64,000 bases of DNA. Origin: an uncultured Dehalococcoidia bacterium. GTDB lineage: Bacteria > Chloroflexota > Dehalococcoidia > UBA2247 > RBG-13-53-26. Below the pieces are notes generated by a model, which saw nothing but the letters and a program-made list of their open reading frames with translations, was not told where the DNA came from and made no database searches. The position numbers and the translations under genes are program-made. The stretch spans positions 1,963 through 65,962 of the forward strand of contig CAZBJX010000006.1 of NCBI GenBank assembly GCA_964492335.1. Direction: 5' to 3'. Positions 38,290 to 47,726 of the stretch are shown piece after piece. Every line of letters begins with the position of its first letter. The stretch's first letter is position 1.

Positions 38290-39615
38290 CTATTCATTGC
38301 GCAGTACCTCCGCGGGTCTGACTCGGGCGATGTACCAGGCGGGCAGCACGCTGGCTAGCACCGCCAGGAGGGCGGCCACGGCCAGGGCCCAGAGGAAGAT
38401 GGTCGGCGAGACCGTCACGTTGAGCCCGGCGACCCTCCCGCCCACCTCGGCGAACATGCCGCCCGGCCCGCCGGGGCCTCCTCCCGTGCCCGGTCCGGCG
38501 GCGCCCGTCGAGCTGCCGCCGGTCATCAGGTCAGCCACCTTCTGGGCCAGCGGATAGGTGATCAGGGCGCCGATGACGGCCCCCACCACGCTCACCACCA
38601 GCGTCTCCAGACTGAACTGCAGCCCGATACGCCAGTTTGAGGCCCCGATGGCCTTCATGATGCCGATCTCCTTCACCCTCTGCCGGATCATCAGGACCAC
38701 GGAGAAGAGGACCACCACCCCCGCCACGACGAAGGCCACTATCATGCCTATGTTGCTGGCGCTCTCGGTCGCGTCCACCGATCCGCCGATCTGCCGGTAC
38801 ATATCCTCGGCTGTGGTGACGTCGGCGGTCTCCTCATCGAAGACCTCCCGGATGCCCTGGACCACCGCTTCCACGTTGTCCACGTCGTCGGCCACGACGA
38901 TGACCGAGGTGACGCCGTCCAGATCGAATACCCGCTCCGCCGCCTGGATCGGCATGACAATGGTGTTGTTGGCGAAGACCGTGCCGCTGTCGTAGATGCC
39001 GACCACCACAAGCTCCGTGCCCTCCATATCCACCGTGGAGCCCACCGTCAGGCTGTTGGCCTCAGCCAGCGCCTGGCCGACCACCATTTCGTCCGCGTAG
39101 TCCGAGGTGAGGTAGCTGCCCTCCACCAGTTCGAACGTGCCGCCGCCCATCAGCGTCGGGCTGTCGGCAGCGGCACTGACTCCCATGACCTGGATGCCCA
39201 TGGTGAACCGGCCCGATGGAGGGGCAGGCATGCCGGAGGAGTCGCTTCCCTTGGGCCTCTGGCCGGGGGGCGTCCCTATGGTGCCCGCATCCACCCCTGA
39301 CTCCAGGCTGTCGCCGGTATACTGCGTCTGCACGGTGGCCTGCACCGAGGCCACGTGCTCAATGCCGCTCAACTGGTCCACGCTATCCGCATCCAGGGGT
39401 TCGCCGCCGCCCATGCCTCCGAAGGACCCCGCCGACCGTACGGTGATCTCGGTGCCGATCTGGCCCCCTATCTTCCCCAGTTCGCTCCGGGTGGCGGCGT
39501 GAACGGTGGCCATTGTCAGGGCCAGCCCGATACACGCGGCCAGCAGCACCACCATCAGGATGGTGCGCAACGGGCTGCGAACCAGGTTGCGCAGTGACCT
39601 CAACAGCAGACTCAT
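38290..39615 (-). CDS. FtsX-like ABC transporter permease (MacB-type, large periplasmic domain); start trimmed to MSLLLRSLRNLVRSPLRT
   Basis: N-terminal TM, ~250-aa extracytoplasmic domain, three C-terminal TM helices with the FtsX signature (MIRQRVKEIGIMKAIGASN). Confidence 0.8.
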   Translation of the reverse strand: MSLLLRSLRNLVRSPLRTILMVVLLAACIGLALTMATVHAATRSELGKIGGQIGTEITVRSAGSFGGMGGGEPLDADSVDQLSGIEHVASVQATVQTQYTGDSLESGVDAGTIGTPPGQRPKGSDSSGMPAPPSGRFTMGIQVMGVSAAADSPTLMGGGTFELVEGSYLTSDYADEMVVGQALAEANSLTVGSTVDMEGTELVVVGIYDSGTVFANNTIVMPIQAAERVFDLDGVTSVIVVADDVDNVEAVVQGIREVFDEETADVTTAEDMYRQIGGSVDATESASNIGMIVAFVVAGVVVLFSVVLMIRQRVKEIGIMKAIGASNWRIGLQFSLETLVVSVVGAVIGALITYPLAQKVADLMTGGSSTGAAGPGTGGGPGGPGGMFAEVGGRVAGLNVTVSPTIFLWALAVAALLAVLASVLPAWYIARVRPAEVLRNE

Positions 39616-39870
39616 GCCTTGGACCTTTCTGTCCCGCCTGACATTGCCCTGGGTGTCCCCTCTTGACGTTCTCCCCATGGCTGAAGCCAAGGGGCTTGCG
39701 GCCTTCGTTCTCCTGGTCAATGCGGGACGACGGGCGTGCCTTCTTCTCCCTCGCTCCAGACTATAGCATCCTGCTTCACCTTCTTCCTCCGCAGCATTGT
39801 GCCTGGTCATAATGGAAGGCTAGCACGCCGCAGGTGAAGTGGCGGCAAAGGAGGTCGGCCTGCCGGCACG

Positions 39871-40986
39871 TCAGGGCCGGGGGATGAGCGGCAGGGTCAC
39901 CCGGAAGGTGCTCCCGGCGCCGAGGGTGCTCTCCACGGAGACGGCGCCGCCGTGCTCCTCAACGATCTTCTTGACTATGGCCAGGCCCAGGCCGCTGCCT
40001 CCCTGGGCCCGGGACCGGGACTTGTCGACGCGGTAGAAGCGGTCGAAAACGTGCTGCCTGTCGCTGGCCGAGATGCCCACGCCGGTGTCCCTGATCTCGA
40101 GGACCGCGCTGGATCCCTCGGCCCGGGCCGAGATCTCGATCATCCCTTCGGGGCGGTTGTACTTGATGGCGTTGTCCACCAGGTTGGTGATAACCTGCTT
40201 GATGGCGATGGCGTCGCCTCTGACCTGGAGGCCCTGCGGGACGCCGGCGGCCTCCAGGCTGACCCGGGCGGCAGCGGCCGCGGGCTGGGACTCTGCCACC
40301 ACCTCGTCAACGAGCGATGCCAGGTCCAGCTCCGCCCACCTGATCTGCGGCTGGCTCCCCTGCGACAGCAGCAGCAGCCCCTGGCTGAGGAAATCGAGCC
40401 GTTCCAGGCTGCGCTTGACCACCCCCGTCGTGAGCCGGTAGTCCTCCACCGTGGCGTCCTGGTCCATCTCCAACACCTCGATGTTGGTCTGGGCGGTGGC
40501 AATGGGCGTCTTCAGCTCGTGCGAGGCATCCTGGACGAACTGCTTCTGGGACTCGAAGGCGCTGTCCAGCCGCTCCAGCATGTCGTCGAAGGTGTCCGCC
40601 AGGCGCTTCATCTCATCCTGCGGCCCCTGGCGGTTGATTCTCTCTTTGAGGTTGGTGTGGGAAATGCGTGCCGCCAGGGAGGAAACGCGATCCACAGGCT
40701 CCAGCATTATGCCCGAGATGATGTAGCCGGCCACCGCGCCCAGGACCAGGATGGCGCCAACGGCAATATAGGAGTAGGTGCGCAGGTCGGACAGGCTGCG
40801 TTCTCTCTCTTCCAGGCGGGGATCGCTGCCGGGGAAGTTGCCCGGTCCCGGCGGCTCACGCCCGGCCATGGCCAGGTTGATGGCGAACAGCAGCGCCAGC
40901 AAGAGGACCACCAGCATCCCTGAGTACCACAGAGTGAGCCGGAAGCGGATCGTCTTGAAGAAAGCGGGGATTTGCATGCTCTTCAC
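39871..40986 (-). CDS. Sensor histidine kinase (2 TM + HAMP + HisKA + HATPase_c)
   Basis: H-box [14 protein letters not shown]; N/G1/G2 boxes ([27 protein letters not shown]). Overlaps the upstream regulator gene by 4 nt. Confidence 0.85.
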   Translation of the reverse strand: MKSMQIPAFFKTIRFRLTLWYSGMLVVLLLALLFAINLAMAGREPPGPGNFPGSDPRLEERERSLSDLRTYSYIAVGAILVLGAVAGYIISGIMLEPVDRVSSLAARISHTNLKERINRQGPQDEMKRLADTFDDMLERLDSAFESQKQFVQDASHELKTPIATAQTNIEVLEMDQDATVEDYRLTTGVVKRSLERLDFLSQGLLLLSQGSQPQIRWAELDLASLVDEVVAESQPAAAAARVSLEAAGVPQGLQVRGDAIAIKQVITNLVDNAIKYNRPEGMIEISARAEGSSAVLEIRDTGVGISASDRQHVFDRFYRVDKSRSRAQGGSGLGLAIVKKIVEEHGGAVSVESTLGAGSTFRVTLPLIPRP

Positions 40987-41648
40987 CCGATCATGTAGCC
41001 TTTCCCCTTAATGGTCGCGATCAGGCCCTCCCCGCCGGCGGCGTCCAGCTTCTTGCGCAGGTTGTTGATGTGCACCTTGATCGACTGGGTGAAGAGGTTG
41101 GCATCCTCGCTCCAGACGTGCTCCAGCAGGTCTTCCTGGCTCACCACGCAGCCGGCGTGGCGCATCAGGTACTCCAGTATCCCGAACTCCTTGGCGGTGA
41201 GGGGCACCAGGTTGTCCCCGAGCGACACCCGGTGCGCATTGGGGTCGAGCACCAGGTCGCCGACCCTCAGTATGACCTTGCGCTGTTCCCCTTCGCGGCG
41301 CAGGATGGCCCTCACCCGGGCCAGCAGCTCGGGGAAGTGGAACGGCTTGAGCAGGTAGTCGTCAGCGCCCTGGTCCAGCCCCTCCACGCGGTCGGTCACC
41401 GCCGTGCGGGCCGTGAGCATCAGTATCCCGACGGATGACCCGGTGCCCCGGATCCTGCGGCAGACCTCCACCCCGTCGACCTTCGGCAGGTTCAGGTCAA
41501 GGACCAGGAGATCGTATTCGTTGATCTCGGCCACCCGCAGGGCCTCCTCTCCGTCGTAGACCACGTCGACGGCGTAGCCCTGCCGCCCCAGCCCCCTGGC
41601 CAGGGCGTCGGCCAGGTCCTTCTCGTCCTCCACCACCAGGATGCGCAT
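40983..41648 (-). CDS. OmpR/PhoB-family response regulator
   Basis: MRILVVEDEKDLADAL...DLLVLDLNLP receiver; C-terminal winged-helix LTAKEFGILEYLM. Confidence 0.9.
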   Translation of the reverse strand: MRILVVEDEKDLADALARGLGRQGYAVDVVYDGEEALRVAEINEYDLLVLDLNLPKVDGVEVCRRIRGTGSSVGILMLTARTAVTDRVEGLDQGADDYLLKPFHFPELLARVRAILRREGEQRKVILRVGDLVLDPNAHRVSLGDNLVPLTAKEFGILEYLMRHAGCVVSQEDLLEHVWSEDANLFTQSIKVHINNLRKKLDAAGGEGLIATIKGKGYMIG

Positions 41649-41718
41649 GGCTTCGCCGCCGATTATAGCACCGGGAAGTTAAGCCAAAGTAAAGAGGTCT
41701 TTGGGAGGGCCGGAGAGC

Positions 41719-42597
41719 TCAGGCCAGGCCCTTCTTCTCAAAGTACATGGCATACGCAGCGACGAACATCTCCGACCCCGCCGGGCCGAACTCCAGGCCG
41801 AAGCGGCGCCGGGCATCGGCGGCGAAGCGCTGTGCGATCTCGGAATGGGAGCCGCCCCTCCGGAGGCCATCGAGGACCATCGCGGAGCAGAGACGGGTAT
41901 TCTCCACCGCCCTCGAGAAGGCGGATTCGATTTCGGTGTCCGCGCCTCCATGGGAGCAGAAGAGCACCCGCGGATGGAGCCGGCGCAGCGTCTCGATGGT
42001 CGACAGGTAGTCCTCTTCGTCGAAGCTGTAGGGGGCCACGCTGGGCAGCAGGTGCGGCGGCACGCCCAGGGCTTCACCGCAGAAGAGGCCCTGCTGACTT
42101 CTGTCCAGGATGGCCAGGTGGTGCGAGGCATGCCCCGGCGCGTGGATGAACTGCAGCTCCCGGCCTCCGAGGGTGACGGCCTCACCGTCCGCAACGCCCC
42201 TCAGGCGGGACTCGGGAACGGGGAGCACCGTTCCCGAACGTTTCTCGAAGTCGCTGCCGTAGATCCTCCCGGTGACCTCGATGAGGCGGGCTGGGTGGGC
42301 CAGGTGCCTGACCCCGACCGGATGCACCAGCACCATGGCGGTCGGGTAGAGCGCCGCCAGCGCCCCCGTGCCGCCGGCGTGGTCCACATGGACATGGGTA
42401 AGGATGATATAGCCCAGGCGGCCCAGGCCGAGGTGCTCCAGGGCCTGTCTCACGAATGGGAGGGCGGCGGCCGGGCCCGGCTCGATCAGTGCGCCATCGC
42501 CATCTGCCACGAAGTACGAGACCGCCGGCACCAGCTCATCGGCCAGCGGGGCTTCCAGCCTGTAGGTCCTGTCTCCCACCTCGGTCAAGCCATCCAT
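41719..42597 (-). CDS. MBL-fold metallo-hydrolase
   Basis: THVHVDHAGG (HxHxDH) motif. Start chosen at MDGLTEV so it does not overlap the upstream Lrp gene. Confidence 0.75.
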   Translation of the reverse strand: MDGLTEVGDRTYRLEAPLADELVPAVSYFVADGDGALIEPGPAAALPFVRQALEHLGLGRLGYIILTHVHVDHAGGTGALAALYPTAMVLVHPVGVRHLAHPARLIEVTGRIYGSDFEKRSGTVLPVPESRLRGVADGEAVTLGGRELQFIHAPGHASHHLAILDRSQQGLFCGEALGVPPHLLPSVAPYSFDEEDYLSTIETLRRLHPRVLFCSHGGADTEIESAFSRAVENTRLCSAMVLDGLRRGGSHSEIAQRFAADARRRFGLEFGPAGSEMFVAAYAMYFEKKGLA

Positions 42598-42607
42598 CAA
42601 ATCCCCT

Positions 42608-43576
42608 TCACTTCCTGCCATCCCCGGCGGGCGGCTGCGCCCCGAAGCCCCAGTCGGCCCCGAGGTTGTCCTTGGTCACCTTCATCAGCACCATCACCTC
42701 ATGGCTGACCACCCCGGGCACCGTGCCGAGGTACTCCCTGACGAACCTGGACAGGTCCTCCCGGGTCTTGAGGAAGATGGTGAAGAGCAGATCGAAGGAC
42801 CCGGTGGTAATGACCACGTGGTGCGTCTCCGGCGATGCGGAGAGGGTGGCGGCGGCCTGGTCGATCATGCCCGGCCGCATGCTGAGGCCGATGTTGGCCC
42901 TGATGGTGTAGCCCAGGCGGACCGGGTCGGCCACGGCGATGACCTGCAGGACCTGGTCCTCGATCAGGCGCTCGATCCGCCGCCGGGCCGTGGCCTTGCT
43001 GCACCCGGCGGGGCCGGCCAGGCTGGTGTAGGCGCTGCGGGGGCTGGCGCGGAGCTGCCGCAGCAGGCGGTAGTCCAGCTCGTCGAGCCGCCGCCGGGGA
43101 GGCCTGCCCCCGCCGGCGGATATGCTCCTGTTGGCCAGCATGGAGAGAGAGAACTTGGCCACCTTGAGGCTGACCATGGTCTCGGCCCTGGTGATGTCCT
43201 TGATGGGCGCCAGGCTGGAGCTGACGAAATCCCACAGGTCCACCGTCTCCGGCAGGGACACCGAGGCGAAGATGTCGTAGCGCCCGGTGTGCATGGACAC
43301 GTGGTACACCTCGCGGATGTCCGCCAGCCGGCGGGCCACGGAATCGATCCGGCTGGGCGGCGCATTGATGGCCACCAGCAGCTGCCGGGTGTGGCCGATG
43401 GCCAGCGGGTCGACCAGCGTCAGGAAGCGGATGACCCTGTGCCGCTCCAGCCGCTCGAGCCGGTCGGCGATGGTGGACCAGCTCAGCCGCAGGTTGCCCG
43501 CCAGATCGGTGACGCTCTGCCGCCCGTCCCGCTCCAGCTCGGCGATGAGGCGCAGGTCAAGCTCGTCCAGTAGCAC
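42608..43576 (-). CDS. Tandem (duplicated) Lrp/AsnC-family transcriptional regulator, paralog 3
   Basis: Two AsnC-type halves (LDLRLIAELERDGRQSVTDLAGNLRLSWSTIADRLERL...; DYRLLRQLRASPRSAYTSLAGPAGCSKATARRRIERL...). Confidence 0.8.
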   Translation of the reverse strand: MLLDELDLRLIAELERDGRQSVTDLAGNLRLSWSTIADRLERLERHRVIRFLTLVDPLAIGHTRQLLVAINAPPSRIDSVARRLADIREVYHVSMHTGRYDIFASVSLPETVDLWDFVSSSLAPIKDITRAETMVSLKVAKFSLSMLANRSISAGGGRPPRRRLDELDYRLLRQLRASPRSAYTSLAGPAGCSKATARRRIERLIEDQVLQVIAVADPVRLGYTIRANIGLSMRPGMIDQAAATLSASPETHHVVITTGSFDLLFTIFLKTREDLSRFVREYLGTVPGVVSHEVMVLMKVTKDNLGADWGFGAQPPAGDGRK

Positions 43577-43653
43577 AGGCTGCCACCTTGATGATCTCTT
43601 TCACGCCGATAAGGGATGTCAATGACATAGTTCTGGTTTCTTCTAGCATATTG

Positions 43654-43683
43654 TTGACACGATTGTCAACCGCACGGTAGAAT
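43654..43683 (+). promoter_or_regulatory. Strong sigma70-type promoter for the VOC-GRE operon (-35 TTGACA 43654-43659, 18-nt spacer, -10 TAGAAT 43678-43683). A perfect inverted repeat TTGACA-CGAT-TGTCAA overlaps the -35 (candidate Lrp operator). A second TGTCA-A-TGACA inverted repeat lies ~40 nt upstream
   Basis: Hexamers, spacing and palindromes read directly. ATG 43708 is preceded by GGGGAGG. Confidence 0.5.
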
Positions 43684-43707
43684 GGGCGAAAAAGGCGGGG
43701 AGGTCGC

Positions 43708-44262
43708 ATGCCAACGCAGATTCCGCACCTGGTCAAGGTGAACGAGCTCTTCCAGACGGGCATCGTGGTGCGCGATGTGGAGAAGGGGATCCGGGAGTAC
43801 GGCCGCCTGTTCGGGACAGCCCCTGACGAGTGGTGGGTGGTCACCATAGACGACAGCCTGTGCCGGCTGACCTATCGGGGACGGCCCTCAAGCCACAGCT
43901 TCAAGGCGGCCATGGTCATGGTGGGGGACCTCATGATAGAGCTCCTGCAGCCGCTGGAGGGGATGGGCACCTACCGCGAGTTCCTGGAGCAGCGGGGGGA
44001 GGGGGTCCATCACCTGGGCCACGTGATCGTTCCGGACCTGGAGGCGGTGATGGAGAAGATGGAGAAGGAGGGCTTTCCCGTCGTGGAGACCGGACAGCCC
44101 CGGGGCCCCGCGCAGGGAGGCGGCCACAAGTGGGCCTACATCGACACCTCTGCCGCGCTGGGGTACATCACGGAGTACTCCCAGGGGACCGACCCCAGGG
44201 TTTCCCTGCGGATGTACCACGAGTACCGGAAGAAGAAGGCGGAGGGCAAGTCAGGGCGTTGA
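43708..44262 (+). CDS. VOC (glyoxalase/bleomycin-resistance/extradiol dioxygenase) superfamily protein
   Basis: Two beta-alpha-beta-beta-beta modules with His/Glu positions (VHHLGHVI...) typical of VOC; 184 aa. Confidence 0.65.
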   Translation: MPTQIPHLVKVNELFQTGIVVRDVEKGIREYGRLFGTAPDEWWVVTIDDSLCRLTYRGRPSSHSFKAAMVMVGDLMIELLQPLEGMGTYREFLEQRGEGVHHLGHVIVPDLEAVMEKMEKEGFPVVETGQPRGPAQGGGHKWAYIDTSAALGYITEYSQGTDPRVSLRMYHEYRKKKAEGKSGR

Positions 44263-44295
44263 GGCGCGGCTTCATGCCAGGGAGGATAAACCGGG

Positions 44296-46737
44296 ATGGT
44301 CATGGAAGCCAGTGAAGCGAAGGCGGCCGGGGGCAGGCCCTGCCGGCCCAGCACTCCCCGGACCCGCAGGCTGAAGGAAGTCTACATGGGGCACAGGCCC
44401 GGCATCTGTGTCGAACGCAGCGTGCTGGTCACCGATTCCTACCGGAAGACGGAGGCCCTCCCGCCGGTGCTGCGGCAGGCCATGGCCTTCGACCGGGTGC
44501 TGTCGGAGATGCCCATCTGGGTCCAGGACGGCGAGCTTATCGCGGCCAACATCGCCTCGAGGCCCAGGGGGGCCTTTCTCTTCCCGGAATACGACGACAC
44601 CTGGCTGAAGAGGGAGCTGGACACCATCTCCACCAGGAAGGATGACCCCTGGCTTCTGAGCGATGAGGACAAGGCCCGGGTCAGGGGCTGCATGGACTAC
44701 TGGCGGGGCCGCAGCCTCTCCGCGGTGTGCGACGCGCTGACCGTGGACGAGGTGCGGCAGGCGGAGAGGAACTCCTTCATCGACATCCGCATGGGCAAGC
44801 AGGGCGGCATCGGGCACATCGTGCCCGATATCGAAACGGTCATAGAGCGGGGCCTGAACTCGTTGATAGAAGCGGCCGAGGACCATATCCGGCGCCTGGA
44901 CCTGGCCAACCCCGAGGGATTCGCCAGGCTGCCCTTCCTGCGGGCGGTGGTGATAGCGGACAGGGCGGTGATCAAGTGGGCCGGGCGGTTCGCCGCGCTG
45001 GCCAGGGAGAGGGCGGCGGCGGAGCCGGACCCCGGGAGGAAGCGGGAGCTCGAGCAGATGGCCGAGGCCTGCGAGCGGGTGCCGGCCCATCCGGCCCGCA
45101 GCTTCCACGAGGCCCTGCAGGCGGTGGCCCTCATCATGGCCTCGGTCCAGATAGAGACCAACGGGGTCTCCATCGGGACGGGACGGCTGGACCAGTACTG
45201 CTTCCCACATTATGAGAGGGACATCAGGGCGGGGGCGATCACCCGGGAGCAGGCGCTGGAGCTGCTGGAGTGCCTGTGGCTCAAGCTGGCCGAATCGAAC
45301 CGGGTGGTGAGCGAGGGATTCACCCACACCCAGAGCGGCTATCCCTTCTGGATCCAGGTGCCGATAGGGGGGCAGACCGTGGACGGCTACGATGCCACCA
45401 ACGATCTGTCCTACCTCCTGTTGGAGGTGTCCAGCAACATGCAGCTCCACGAGCCCACGGTGTCGGCCAGGATACACAAGAGGACGCCGGACGTCTTCCT
45501 CATGAAATGCTGCGAGGCCATCAGGGCCCATGGGGGAGGCAACCCCGCCCTGTTCAACGACGAGGTCATCATCCCCAGCCAGCTGGCCTGGGTCCCCGGA
45601 ATCACCAAGGAGGACGCCTATGACTACTCGGTGATCGGCTGCTCCGAGATCGCCTTCGCCGGCAAGGGGACCGAGGGCATCGCCTACCACGCCATGAGCC
45701 TGGGCCGGGTCCTGGAGCTGATGCTCCAGGGGAAGGACCCGGTGACCGGGGCGCCGCTGGCGTCAGGCCCGGGCGGCATGCTGCAGTGGCGGACCTTCGA
45801 CGACATGATGGAGGCCTTCACTGAGAAGGTGCGGGCCCTCTCCCGGGCCATGTTCCTGCAGCAACTGCCGCTGATCGAGGCCCACGTGGCCCACCGGCCC
45901 TGCCCGCTCCTCTCCTCCCTGACCAGGGACTGCATCAGCCGGGGCCGCAGCTACTATGACGGCGGGGCCCTGTACGGGAACCGCGCGGCCAACGCGTGCA
46001 TCGTCGGCCTGGCCACCCTGGCCAACTCGCTGGCGGCGGTCAGGAGGCTGGTCTTCGACGACCGGGCCATCACCATGGACCAGCTGAAGCATGCCCTGGA
46101 GACCAACTTCGAGGATACGGCCACCAGCCCCACGGGCCCGGCCATCCGCCAGATGTGCCTGCGCGCCCCGAAGTACGGCAACGACGACCCATACGTGGAC
46201 CGCCTGGCCAAGGACAGCCTGAACATCGTGGTGAGGGAGATGCGCAGGCACCAGACCCGGCCGGGCCAGGGCTACGGGGCCACCATCTCCCCGGTGACGG
46301 CCCACATGAGCTACGGGGCCATCTGCGGCGCCACGCCCGACGGGCGGAGGGCGGGGGAGCCCCTCAGCGACTCCTGCTCGCCGGCCCAGGGCACCGATGT
46401 CAACGGCCCGACGGCGGCCATCAAGTCGGTGGCCGGACTGGAGCACATGAACCTGGTGCAGGGGACGATCTTCAACATGAAGATGCACCCCGGGCCCCTG
46501 GAGACCCGGGCGGGAATGCGCAAGTGGGCGGACCTGGTCCGCACCTACTTCGACCTGGGGGGGTGGGAGGTCCAGTTCAACGTGGTCAGCTCAGACACCC
46601 TGAGGGAGGCGCAGCGGCGCCCCGAGGAGCACCGGGACCTGGTGGTCCGGGTGGTGGGCTACAGCGCCTTCTTCGTGGAGCTGGAGAAGGTGGTCCAGGA
46701 CGACATCATCGCCAGGACGGAGCACTGCGGGGCGTAG
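44296..46737 (+). CDS. Glycyl radical enzyme, PFL-like fold, eliminase class (Cys-x-Glu active loop), substrate unknown
   Basis: C-terminal glycine-radical motif RVVGYSAFF. Active-site loop VIGCSEIAF (Cys-x-Glu as in glycerol/propanediol dehydratase, CutC and HypD, not the Cys-Cys of PFL). N-terminal ICVERSVLVTDSYRKTE...IWVQDGELIAAN typical of GRE dehydratases/lyases. 813 aa. Confidence 0.9.
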   Translation: MVMEASEAKAAGGRPCRPSTPRTRRLKEVYMGHRPGICVERSVLVTDSYRKTEALPPVLRQAMAFDRVLSEMPIWVQDGELIAANIASRPRGAFLFPEYDDTWLKRELDTISTRKDDPWLLSDEDKARVRGCMDYWRGRSLSAVCDALTVDEVRQAERNSFIDIRMGKQGGIGHIVPDIETVIERGLNSLIEAAEDHIRRLDLANPEGFARLPFLRAVVIADRAVIKWAGRFAALARERAAAEPDPGRKRELEQMAEACERVPAHPARSFHEALQAVALIMASVQIETNGVSIGTGRLDQYCFPHYERDIRAGAITREQALELLECLWLKLAESNRVVSEGFTHTQSGYPFWIQVPIGGQTVDGYDATNDLSYLLLEVSSNMQLHEPTVSARIHKRTPDVFLMKCCEAIRAHGGGNPALFNDEVIIPSQLAWVPGITKEDAYDYSVIGCSEIAFAGKGTEGIAYHAMSLGRVLELMLQGKDPVTGAPLASGPGGMLQWRTFDDMMEAFTEKVRALSRAMFLQQLPLIEAHVAHRPCPLLSSLTRDCISRGRSYYDGGALYGNRAANACIVGLATLANSLAAVRRLVFDDRAITMDQLKHALETNFEDTATSPTGPAIRQMCLRAPKYGNDDPYVDRLAKDSLNIVVREMRRHQTRPGQGYGATISPVTAHMSYGAICGATPDGRRAGEPLSDSCSPAQGTDVNGPTAAIKSVAGLEHMNLVQGTIFNMKMHPGPLETRAGMRKWADLVRTYFDLGGWEVQFNVVSSDTLREAQRRPEEHRDLVVRVVGYSAFFVELEKVVQDDIIARTEHCGA

Positions 46738-46761
46738 CCGGTGGGCCACGGAGCGGGCACC

Positions 46762-47697
46762 ATGAGCGTGGCGATCTCCGGGCAGGTCTTCAACATCCAG
46801 CGCTACTCCATTCACGACGGCGCCGGGATCAGGACCCTGGTCTTCCTCAAGGGCTGCCCGCTGCGGTGCCTGTGGTGCTGCAACCCGGAGTCCCAGAAGG
46901 GCGGCCCGGAGCTGGGCTTCATCGCCTCCCGCTGCGTCGGGGACAGGGGGTGCGGGGCGCCCTGCGTCCCCGCCTGCCCCATCAGCGCCATCCGGCTGGG
47001 CCCGGAGGGCCGGCCGGAGATCGACCGGGCGGCCTGCGACGCCTGCGGCCGGTGCGCCGCGGCCTGCGGCCCAGAGGCGCTCAGGGTGGTCGGCCGGGAG
47101 ATGACCGTCGCCGGGGTGATGGCGGAGGTGGAGAAGGACCGCCCCTTCTACCGGCGGTCCGGCGGGGGTATGACGGTGGGGGGCGGCGAGCCTCTGGCGC
47201 AGCACCGCTTCGCCGCGGCGCTGCTGGAGGCGGCCCGGGACGCCTACCTGCACACGGCGCTGGAGACCTGCGGCCACGGCCCGTGGGCCCATCTTGAAGG
47301 GCTGCTCAGGCATGTCGACCTGCTGCAGTTCGATATCAAGCACATGGACGCCGCCAGGCACCGGGAGCTGACCGGGCAGTCCAACGACCTGGTGCTGGCC
47401 AACCTCAAGAGGGTGCCGGCCGTGAAGCCCCCCGGAGAGGTGATCATCAGGGTCCCGGTGGTCCCGGGGTGCAATGACTCGGCGGACAACGTGCGGGAGA
47501 CGGCGGCGCTGGTGGCCGGGCTGGGCTTCCGGCAGGTGGAGCTGGTGCCCTACCACCGGCTGGGGGCCCCCAAGTACGTCCAGTACGGCATCCCGGACCC
47601 GCTGCCGGACTGCCCTTCAGCCTCTGGGGGCCGCCTGGAGGAGCTCAGGAGGATTGTAGAAGAGGCCGGCCTGACGGAGACAGGCGGGACCATCTGA
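46762..47697 (+). CDS. Glycyl-radical enzyme activating protein (radical SAM, with additional 2x[4Fe-4S] ferredoxin-type inserts)
   Basis: CPLRCLWCCNPE (CxxxCxxC radical SAM). Ferredoxin Cys blocks CVGDRGCGAPCVPACP and CDACGRCAAACGP. Typical of activases for eliminase-class GREs. Confidence 0.9.
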   Translation: MSVAISGQVFNIQRYSIHDGAGIRTLVFLKGCPLRCLWCCNPESQKGGPELGFIASRCVGDRGCGAPCVPACPISAIRLGPEGRPEIDRAACDACGRCAAACGPEALRVVGREMTVAGVMAEVEKDRPFYRRSGGGMTVGGGEPLAQHRFAAALLEAARDAYLHTALETCGHGPWAHLEGLLRHVDLLQFDIKHMDAARHRELTGQSNDLVLANLKRVPAVKPPGEVIIRVPVVPGCNDSADNVRETAALVAGLGFRQVELVPYHRLGAPKYVQYGIPDPLPDCPSASGGRLEELRRIVEEAGLTETGGTI

Positions 47698-47726
47698 CGG
47701 CCGTCAGCGGGCAAAGGAGCGAAGGA

